Below, piece by piece: positions 1 through 6,714 of a stretch of DNA of 16,860 nt; positions within the stretch are counted from its first letter, which is position 1, and each line of letters opens with the position of its first letter. The stretch spans positions 1-16,860 of the forward strand of contig CBFDTJ010000029.1 of assembly GCA_965612865.1 (NCBI GenBank). Direction: 5' to 3'. This DNA comes from an uncultured bacterium (lineage in GTDB: Bacteria > Caldisericota > Caldisericia > B22-G15). Made by a program: the position numbers and the translations under genes. The notes under the pieces were generated by a model that searched no databases, was not told the DNA's origin, and saw nothing but the letters and a program-made list of their open reading frames with translations.

Positions 1-63
1 TTTGCAATAAGAGAGGGTGGAAGAACTGTTGGTGCTGGAGTTATATCCAAGGTTATAGAGTAG
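1..63 (+). CDS. tuf: Elongation factor Tu, C-terminal fragment (runs off window start)
   Basis: Frame 1 reads [20 protein letters not shown], the conserved EF-Tu C-terminus; followed by rpmG-trnW-secE-nusG as in tufB-type clusters. Confidence 0.97.
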   Translation, partial: FAIREGGRTVGAGVISKVIE

Positions 64-70
64 GTGGAAG

Positions 71-220
71 ATGAGAGTTATAATTACTCTTGAATGTACT
101 GAATGTAAAAGAAGAAACTATACAACGACTAAAAACAAGAATAACGATCCCCAGAGATTGGAGTTAAAGAAGTATTGTCCTTACTGCAGGAAGCATACCC
201 TTCACAGGGAGGTGAAGTAA
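71..220 (+). CDS. rpmG: 50S ribosomal protein L33 (zinc-binding C+ form), 49 aa; not in ORF track
   Basis: Manual translation [49 protein letters not shown], with two CxxC motifs and the RLELKKYC signature. Confidence 0.97.
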   Translation: MRVIITLECTECKRRNYTTTKNKNNDPQRLELKKYCPYCRKHTLHREVK

Positions 221-296
221 AGGCCCGTAGCTCAATTGGCAGAGCACCGGTCTCCAAAACCGGGTGTTGGGGGTTCAAGTCCCTCCGGGCCTGCCA
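221..296 (+). tRNA. trnW: tRNA-Trp (anticodon CCA), 76 nt with encoded 3' CCA
   Basis: Acceptor stem AGGCCCG/CGGGCCT, discriminator G, then CCA; D arm GCTC-AATTGGCA-GAGC; anticodon stem CCGGT/ACCGG with loop CTCCAAA (CCA at 254-256); T loop TTCAAGT. Confidence 0.97.
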
Positions 297-302
297 TTTA
301 AT

Positions 303-512
303 ATGAGTAAAAAGGTAAGTTTATTTAAAAGGATTTCGAATTTCTTAAAAGAGGTAAAGGTAGAGTTTATACACAGAACAAGCTGGCCTACAAAGGAAAG
401 GCTCATTGCATCCTTTGTTACGATACTTATATTTATAGTATTCTGGGCTGTTTATATTGGAATTCTTGATTCGGTATTTGCATACCTCTTAAGACTTGTA
501 ACTACAATATAG
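303..512 (+). CDS. secE: Preprotein translocase subunit SecE (single-TM form), 69 aa
   Basis: FLKEVKVEF...SWPT motif followed by one hydrophobic helix and LD; located between trnW and nusG. The ORF-track start (264) lies inside the tRNA, so ATG 303 is the realistic start. Confidence 0.92.
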   Translation: MSKKVSLFKRISNFLKEVKVEFIHRTSWPTKERLIASFVTILIFIVFWAVYIGILDSVFAYLLRLVTTI

Positions 513-513
513 T

Positions 514-1071
514 ATGAGTAAGGAAAAGGTTGTGGAGAAAGAAAAGAAAGAGAAAAGGTGGTATATTGTTCACACCTACTCTGGTATGGAAGAGAAGGTC
601 AAACAAAACCTCGAGCAGAGGATAGAAACCTATTCTATGCAGAATAAGATTTTCAGAGTAGAAGTTCCTGTGGACTGGAAGGTAAAACTCAAAGACGGAA
701 AGAGACAGATTGTTCCAGAAAAGGTATATCCAGGTTACATACTTGTGGAAATGATAATGGACGATGAGTCATGGTATATAGTTAGAAATACTCCAGGTGT
801 TCTTGGTTTCGTTGGTGGTGGAGGAAGACCCATTCCACTTACTGAAGAGGAAGTAAGAGAAGTTATGGATAGAATTGGAATAGAGGAAGCGAAAGCACAA
901 CTTACATTCTCCATAGGAGATACTGTTAAGGTGATAGGCGGACCTTTTGATCAGATGATAGGTAAGGTGGAAGAGATATTTGAGGATAAGGAAAAAGCCA
1001 TAGTGAGATTGTCAATCTTCGGCAGGGATATACCTGTTGAGATTGACTTTGTACACTTAGAGAAGATATAA
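514..1071 (+). CDS. nusG: Transcription termination/antitermination factor NusG
   Basis: WYIVHTYSGME, YPGYILVEM, VRNTPGVLGFVG, KOW domain GDTVKVIGGPF, IFGR. Confidence 0.97.
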   Translation: MSKEKVVEKEKKEKRWYIVHTYSGMEEKVKQNLEQRIETYSMQNKIFRVEVPVDWKVKLKDGKRQIVPEKVYPGYILVEMIMDDESWYIVRNTPGVLGFVGGGGRPIPLTEEEVREVMDRIGIEEAKAQLTFSIGDTVKVIGGPFDQMIGKVEEIFEDKEKAIVRLSIFGRDIPVEIDFVHLEKI

Positions 1072-1083
1072 TAAGGAGGTATT

Positions 1084-1509
1084 ATGGCTAAGAAGGTTGA
1101 GGCGATAATAAAATTACAGATTCCTGCTGGAAAAGCAACCCCGGCACCTCCAATAGGTCCTGCTCTTGGACAGAAAGGTGTAAATATTATGCAGTTCTGT
1201 AATGAATTCAACAAGAAAACAAAAGACCAGGATGGAATTCTTATTCCAGTTGTTATAACTGTATATGCAGATAAGTCATTTACTTTTGAAATAAAGACTC
1301 CACCAGTTTCTGCACTTATAAAGAAAGCATTAAAGATTGAAAAGGGATCAGGTGAGCCAAACAAAGTTAAGGTCGGAAGACTCTCAAAGAAACAGGTTGA
1401 AGAGATTGCAAAGAAGAAGATGAAAGATCTCAATGCTGGATCACTTGAAGCAGCTATGAAAATAGTGGAAGGAACTGCAAGAAGTATGGGTGTTGAGGTA
1501 GAAAGGTAG
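1084..1509 (+). CDS. rplK: 50S ribosomal protein L11
   Basis: [30 protein letters not shown] and GTARSMG motifs; SD AAGGAGGT upstream. Confidence 0.98.
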   Translation: MAKKVEAIIKLQIPAGKATPAPPIGPALGQKGVNIMQFCNEFNKKTKDQDGILIPVVITVYADKSFTFEIKTPPVSALIKKALKIEKGSGEPNKVKVGRLSKKQVEEIAKKKMKDLNAGSLEAAMKIVEGTARSMGVEVER

Positions 1510-2223
1510 GTGAAAAAGATGGGAAAAAGATATGAGGCACTTTTAGAAAAAATTGAGAAAGGAAAAAAATATACCCTTGATGAAGCAGTAAAGCTTGTAA
1601 AAGAACTCAAATCTGCCAAGTTTGACGAGAGCGTGGAAGTTCATATTCAGTTAGGTGTAGATCCCAAGAAATCTGATCAGAGTGTCAGAGGTTCTGTTCT
1701 TCTTCCACATGGAGTTGGTAAGACAAAGAGAGTTCTTGCCTTTGCTAAAGGTGAGAAGGCAAAGGAGGCAGAGGAGGCAGGTGCAGATTACATTGGTGAT
1801 CAGGAGACCATAAAGAAGATTCAAGGTGGATGGCTTGAGTTTGATGCCGTTGTTGCTACTCCAGACATGATGCCCATGGTTTCGAAACTGGGAAGGATTC
1901 TTGGACCAAGAGGTCTTATGCCCAATGCCAAAGCTGGAACAGTATCCATGGACATTGGAAGAGTTGTTCAGGAGATTAAAAAGGGAAAAGTTGAATTTAA
2001 GATGGATAAACTTGGAAACATTCATGTTTCCATAGGTAAGGTAAGCTTTCCTGAAGAAAAACTTAAAGAGAATCTTGTTGCATTACTTGAGGCTTTGCTT
2101 AAAGCAAAGCCAGCAGCAGTGAGGGGCCAGTTTATAAAGTCTATTTATCTTTCTCCAACTATGGGTCCCTCAGTAAAACTTGACGTTCAAAAGGTTTTAA
2201 ACGAAATTAAAAAAGTTGCCTGA
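1510..2223 (+). CDS. rplA: 50S ribosomal protein L1
   Basis: KFDESVE, LPHGVGK, LGRILGPRGLMPNAKAGT, SPTMGPS. GTG start abuts the rplK stop; ATG 1519 is an alternative start. Confidence 0.97.
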   Translation: MKKMGKRYEALLEKIEKGKKYTLDEAVKLVKELKSAKFDESVEVHIQLGVDPKKSDQSVRGSVLLPHGVGKTKRVLAFAKGEKAKEAEEAGADYIGDQETIKKIQGGWLEFDAVVATPDMMPMVSKLGRILGPRGLMPNAKAGTVSMDIGRVVQEIKKGKVEFKMDKLGNIHVSIGKVSFPEEKLKENLVALLEALLKAKPAAVRGQFIKSIYLSPTMGPSVKLDVQKVLNEIKKVA

Positions 2224-2313
2224 GAAAGTGGGTGCTTTTTAAAAGCTTAATGAGGTTTTCGCCCACCGAGGCAGGAGAAATTGGGAAATAGGTTTCTTCT
2301 TGTCCTTCGGTGG
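2219..2313 (+). promoter_or_regulatory. L10 (rplJ) leader, ribosomal-protein autoregulatory RNA
   Basis: CCTGAGA-AAGTGGGT...CTTAA...GCCCACCGAGG matches the L10-leader layout (kink-turn ends, GTGGGT/GCCCAC helix, inner GCTTTT/AAAAGC hairpin, UUAA motif); directly upstream of rplJ. A competing hairpin spans 2263-2313. Confidence 0.75.
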
Positions 2314-2341
2314 AAGGATATTTTAATTTTAGGAGGCAGTT

Positions 2342-2863
2342 ATGATAACAAGGGAAAGAAAGAGAGAACTTGTAAAGGAACTTCAAGAGAAGGCAGAAAA
2401 AGCAGGGCTCTTACTCTTCACTACCTTCAGCGGAATTACTGTATCAGAGATCTCCAGCTTAAGGCGTAGCATTAAGGAGAACGGAGGAGAACTCAAAGTT
2501 TACAGAAACACCCTTTTAAAGATGGGACTTGCAGAGAAAGGTTTTGAAGTGGATGATAACATTTTTACCGGACCCACAGCAGTTGTTTTCGGATACGAAG
2601 ATCCGTTCCCTGTTATGAAAGTGGTAGATGATTTTCAGAAATCTCACAGGAAAAACTTTGATATAAAGGGTGGATTCCTTGGAACACTTAAATTAACCAA
2701 GAGCGATATAAAGGAACTTTCATCCCTATCTTCTATGCAGGAGCTTTATGGAAAGCTTGTCTGGGGAATAAAGGCTCCTCTTGCAAGACTTGTCTTTGCT
2801 CTTAAGAATCCTGTTTCGAAGTTGGTCTTTGTTTTAAATCAGATAAAAGATAAAAAAGCATAA
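2342..2863 (+). CDS. rplJ: 50S ribosomal protein L10
   Basis: GITVSEISSLRR, LKVYRNTL, FTGPTAV, IKGG motifs; SD AGGAGG at 2331-2336; synteny. Confidence 0.96.
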   Translation: MITRERKRELVKELQEKAEKAGLLLFTTFSGITVSEISSLRRSIKENGGELKVYRNTLLKMGLAEKGFEVDDNIFTGPTAVVFGYEDPFPVMKVVDDFQKSHRKNFDIKGGFLGTLKLTKSDIKELSSLSSMQELYGKLVWGIKAPLARLVFALKNPVSKLVFVLNQIKDKKA

Positions 2864-2875
2864 AAGGAGGAAAGA

Positions 2876-3250
2876 ATGACTAAAGAAGAAATTTTAGAGG
2901 CAATTGAAAAGATGAGTGTAACTGACCTCGTAGAGCTGGTAAAAGCTCTCGAGGAAAAATTTGGTGTATCTGGAATGCCAATGGCAATGCCAGTAGCAGG
3001 TGGTGGCGGTGGCCAACAAGCAGCACAGGAAGAGGAAAAAACCACCTTTGATGTTGTTTTGACCAGTGTTGGTCAGGCAAAAATCCAGGTCATTAAAGTT
3101 CTCCGTGAGGTTCTTGGTGTCTCCCTCAAAGAGGCAAACGAGATCTGCAACAAAGTACCTCACCCTGTTAAGAAGGGTATAAGCCAGGACGAGGCAGAGG
3201 AAATCAAGAATAAACTTTCCGCTGTAGGTGCTACAGTGGAGATTAAATAG
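2876..3250 (+). CDS. rplL: 50S ribosomal protein L7/L12
   Basis: [12 protein letters not shown], Ala/Gly hinge, [31 protein letters not shown]. Confidence 0.97.
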   Translation: MTKEEILEAIEKMSVTDLVELVKALEEKFGVSGMPMAMPVAGGGGGQQAAQEEEKTTFDVVLTSVGQAKIQVIKVLREVLGVSLKEANEICNKVPHPVKKGISQDEAEEIKNKLSAVGATVEIK

Positions 3251-3280
3251 AACCCCGATTATCGGGGTTCTTTCCCTTTT
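3250..3280 (+). terminator. Intrinsic terminator/attenuator between rplL and rpoB
   Basis: Inverted repeat GAACCCCGA-TTA-TCGGGGTTC (3250-3270) followed by TTTCCCTTTT. Confidence 0.75.
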
Positions 3281-3294
3281 AAACTGGAGACAAT

Positions 3295-6200
3295 ATGGAG
3301 ATAAAAGAAGTTAAAAACTTCAATAAATTTTTATTTCAGCCTGAGATTCCCGATTTACTTGAATTCCAGAAGGAATCTTTTTTCAGATTTATAAACGAAA
3401 AAATACCAAAGCTTCTTGAGGAGATTTCGCCGATTGAAACTCCAAAGGTGGAGCTTGAGTTTTTTGATCCAAAAGTTATTCCACCAGAGCTTTCAGTTGA
3501 GGAATGCAAAGAAAGAAAACTCACATATTCCGGGAATCTCAAGGCAAAGGTAAGGATTATCAATAAAAAGAGTGGAGAGATAAAAGAACAGGAGGTTTTT
3601 TTAGGAGAGATTCCATACATTACCCCTCATGGTTCTTTTATATTTAATGGAGCAGAGAGAGTGGTTGTCTCTCAACTTATAAGAGCACCAGGAGTATATT
3701 TTACCACTCCTTCATCTGCTCATTCGGGAAGAGTCCATTTTGAAGCAAGATTAATTCCAGAAAGAGGAACGTGGTTTATCTTTGAGGTTGAAACCAGTGG
3801 CACAATCGTTGTAAGACTAAACAAGGGTTCAAGAAAACTCTACTTCCCAACTGTTCTAAGAGTCTTTAAGGAACTTACAGATGATGAAATCCTCGAGATG
3901 TTTAAGGAAAAAAGAAAGATTAAAATAGGTGTACTTGATGCAGATAGATTGCTTCCAGCCACCTTTGCTGAAAATATATTTGATCCAGAGACTGGAGAGG
4001 TTATCTATAAAGAAAAAGAAAGAATTACCCAAAAAAAACTTGATCATATAGCTTCCCTTGGCATACACTATGTTGAAATATATAAGGAAATGGTGGATCC
4101 AATCATAATTAAGACTGTTGATAAGGATCCAAATAAAACACAGAAGGATGCAATAATTGAGATTTACAGAAAGTTAAGACCTGGTGAGAGGGTAACCTTT
4201 GAATCAGCCAAGAATCTTATAAATCTTATGTTCTTTGATAAAAAGAGAAACTTCTTATCAGATGTTGGAAGACACAAAATAAATCAGAAGTTCGGTCTCA
4301 ATCTTAAAGATAATATGGTAACTTTTGACGATCTTGTGGCAATAATAAAACATGCTGTAAAGATAAAGAATAATGAGGCAGAACTTGATAACATAGATCA
4401 CCTTGGAAATAGGCATGTAAGAGGAGTGGGAGAACTCCTTGAAGTAAATATGAGATTTGGTTTCTTAAGAATGGTTAAAGTTGCCAAAGGTAGAATTAGT
4501 ACATATTCAGAGGATAGATACACAGCTCAACATCTTATAAATTCAAAGCCAATAACAGCAGCCCTTCAGAGTTTCTTCGGAACAGGACAGCTTTCCCAAT
4601 TTATGGAGCAGACAAATCCTCTCTCTTCTCTTACTCACAAGAGAAGACTTTCGTCTATGGGACCAGGTGGTTTGACCAGGGAGACTGCAGGACTTGAGGT
4701 AAGAGACATTCATTCCTCCCACTACGGTAGAATATGTCCTATAGAGACTCCTGAGGGACAGAATATTGGACTCATAAACTCCCTTACAGTATTTTCTAAA
4801 ATAAATGAGTATGGATTTATAACAACTCCTTACAGAAAGGTAAAGAAAGGAAAGATAACTAAAGAGATTGTCTATCTTGAAGCTGGTGAGGAAGAAAAAT
4901 ACTATATAGCCCAGGCAAACACACCTGTTAATAAAAAAGGAGAACTTCTTAAAGATGATAAAGGTAATCTTTTAAATGATGGAATAGCCCTTGGAAGGTA
5001 TCAGGGAAATATTGTTGAGATACCTCTTGAAAAGATTGATTTCATAGAGGTATCACCACTTCAGGTATTTTCTGTTTCAGCATCTCTTATCCCATTTCTT
5101 GAACATGATGATGCAAACAGAGCTTTGATGGGATGCAATATGCAGAGACAGGCAGTTCCCCTGCTATTTCCAGAAGTTCCACTTGTAGGAACTGGAATGG
5201 AAAAGATTGTTTCAAGACACGATCCAAGTGTGGTAATCTCTGAAATAAATGGTAAAGTGGAGGCAGTTTCTTCTGATAAGATTGTAGTTCGTAGCAGTAA
5301 AGAGAAAAAGATATATAAACTCAAAAAATTTGAAAGATCAAATCAGGACACATGTATAAACTCAAGGCCCATAGTTAGGAAAGGGGAAAAGGTAAAGAAG
5401 GGACAGATCATTGCTGATGGACAGGCAATAAAGGATGGGATTCTGTCTCTCGGAAGAAATCTCCTTGTTGCATATCTTCCATGGAGAGGATACAACTATC
5501 AGGATGCTATTCTTATAAGCGAAAGATTGGTAAAGGATGATGTATATACCTCAATTCATATAAAGGAGTATGTGACTACTGTAAGAGATACCCGCGCAGG
5601 TCCTGAGATATTAACCCGTGATATTCCCAATGTTGACGAAGTTGACTTAAGAAATCTTGATGAAGACGGAATAATAAGAATAGGAGCGGAGGTAAAGGCT
5701 GGAGATATACTTGTTGGAAAGCTTGCACCAAAGACAGAAGTGGACACCTCTCCTGAATCAAAGATATGGAGAGCAATGTTTGGTGAGAAGGGAAGAGATG
5801 TTATAGATGTTTCCTTAAGACTTCCACCTGGTGAATTTGGAACTGTAATAATGACAAGAATCTATTCCAGGGATAAAGGTGACGAACTTCCCATTGGAAT
5901 AAATAAACTTGTGAAAGTCCTTGTGGCACAGAAGAGAAAGATAATGGTGGGAGACAAGATGGCCGGAAGACACGGAAACAAAGGAGTTGTTGCAGCAATA
6001 CTCCCTGAGGAGGATATGCCATTTAGAAGCGATGGAACTCCAATAGATATAGTCCTCTCTCCACTTTCTGTTCCTTCAAGAATGAATATAGGGCAGGTCC
6101 TTGAAGCCATGCTTGGACTTGTGGCATATGAAATGGGGTTCAGAGCAGAGATTCCAATTTTCTCTTCTTTGAGCGAAAAGGATATAGAGAAAATGCTCAA

Positions 6201-6714
6201 GAAGGCTGGCTTCAATGTGAATAGTAAAGAGATTCTATATGATGGATATACAGGTGAGGCTTTCCTTGCTCCTGCTCTTGTTGGATACACATACTTTATG
6301 AAGCTGAACCACCTTGTTCTTGATAAAGTTCATGCGAGATCCACGGGAACTTATTCCCTTGTAACTCAGCAACCTCTTGGAGGGAAATCTCAGTTCGGAG
6401 GTCAGAGACTTGGTGAAATGGAAGTCTGGGCTCTTGAAGGTTATGGAGCAGCTCATCTGATTCAGGAAATGCTTACAGTAAAGTCCGACGACATAGAGGG
6501 AAGAAGAAAAGCATACGAAGCTATAGTAAAGGGAAGAGACATAGAAGAGGTTGGAATACCCGAGTCTTTCAAGGTTCTAATACGAGAACTTAAGGGACTT
6601 GGTATTTCAGTAAAAACAATTCCCCCTATAGAGAAAAAAGAAGAGAAGAAGGAACCAAAATTCTTTCTTCCAACAAGAAGGAAAAAAACTAAGAAAAAAG
6701 AGGTGAATCAATGA
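3295..6714 (+). CDS. rpoB: DNA-directed RNA polymerase subunit beta, 1139 aa
   Basis: NGAERVVVSQLIRAPG, QLSQFM..THKRR, GRICPIETPEG, EHDDANRALMG, GDKMAGRHGNKG, GGQRLGEMEVWALE. Confidence 0.99.
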   Translation: MEIKEVKNFNKFLFQPEIPDLLEFQKESFFRFINEKIPKLLEEISPIETPKVELEFFDPKVIPPELSVEECKERKLTYSGNLKAKVRIINKKSGEIKEQEVFLGEIPYITPHGSFIFNGAERVVVSQLIRAPGVYFTTPSSAHSGRVHFEARLIPERGTWFIFEVETSGTIVVRLNKGSRKLYFPTVLRVFKELTDDEILEMFKEKRKIKIGVLDADRLLPATFAENIFDPETGEVIYKEKERITQKKLDHIASLGIHYVEIYKEMVDPIIIKTVDKDPNKTQKDAIIEIYRKLRPGERVTFESAKNLINLMFFDKKRNFLSDVGRHKINQKFGLNLKDNMVTFDDLVAIIKHAVKIKNNEAELDNIDHLGNRHVRGVGELLEVNMRFGFLRMVKVAKGRISTYSEDRYTAQHLINSKPITAALQSFFGTGQLSQFMEQTNPLSSLTHKRRLSSMGPGGLTRETAGLEVRDIHSSHYGRICPIETPEGQNIGLINSLTVFSKINEYGFITTPYRKVKKGKITKEIVYLEAGEEEKYYIAQANTPVNKKGELLKDDKGNLLNDGIALGRYQGNIVEIPLEKIDFIEVSPLQVFSVSASLIPFLEHDDANRALMGCNMQRQAVPLLFPEVPLVGTGMEKIVSRHDPSVVISEINGKVEAVSSDKIVVRSSKEKKIYKLKKFERSNQDTCINSRPIVRKGEKVKKGQIIADGQAIKDGILSLGRNLLVAYLPWRGYNYQDAILISERLVKDDVYTSIHIKEYVTTVRDTRAGPEILTRDIPNVDEVDLRNLDEDGIIRIGAEVKAGDILVGKLAPKTEVDTSPESKIWRAMFGEKGRDVIDVSLRLPPGEFGTVIMTRIYSRDKGDELPIGINKLVKVLVAQKRKIMVGDKMAGRHGNKGVVAAILPEEDMPFRSDGTPIDIVLSPLSVPSRMNIGQVLEAMLGLVAYEMGFRAEIPIFSSLSEKDIEKMLKKAGFNVNSKEILYDGYTGEAFLAPALVGYTYFMKLNHLVLDKVHARSTGTYSLVTQQPLGGKSQFGGQRLGEMEVWALEGYGAAHLIQEMLTVKSDDIEGRRKAYEAIVKGRDIEEVGIPESFKVLIRELKGLGISVKTIPPIEKKEEKKEPKFFLPTRRKKTKKKEVNQ

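Noticed and set aside
264..302. N-terminal extension of SecE in the ORF track (MLGVQVPPGLPFN)
   Set aside because: It is a translation of the tRNA-Trp T-arm and acceptor stem; the real start is ATG 303.
951..1619. 222-aa antisense ORF over nusG-rplK-rplA
   Set aside because: Reverse-frame shadow of conserved genes; Phe/Ser/Ile-rich composition mirrors the Lys/Glu codons; no recognisable motif.
2281..2469. 62-aa ORF as a possible leader peptide for rplJ
   Set aside because: Out-of-frame overlap with rplJ, TTG start inside a structured RNA leader, no protein features.
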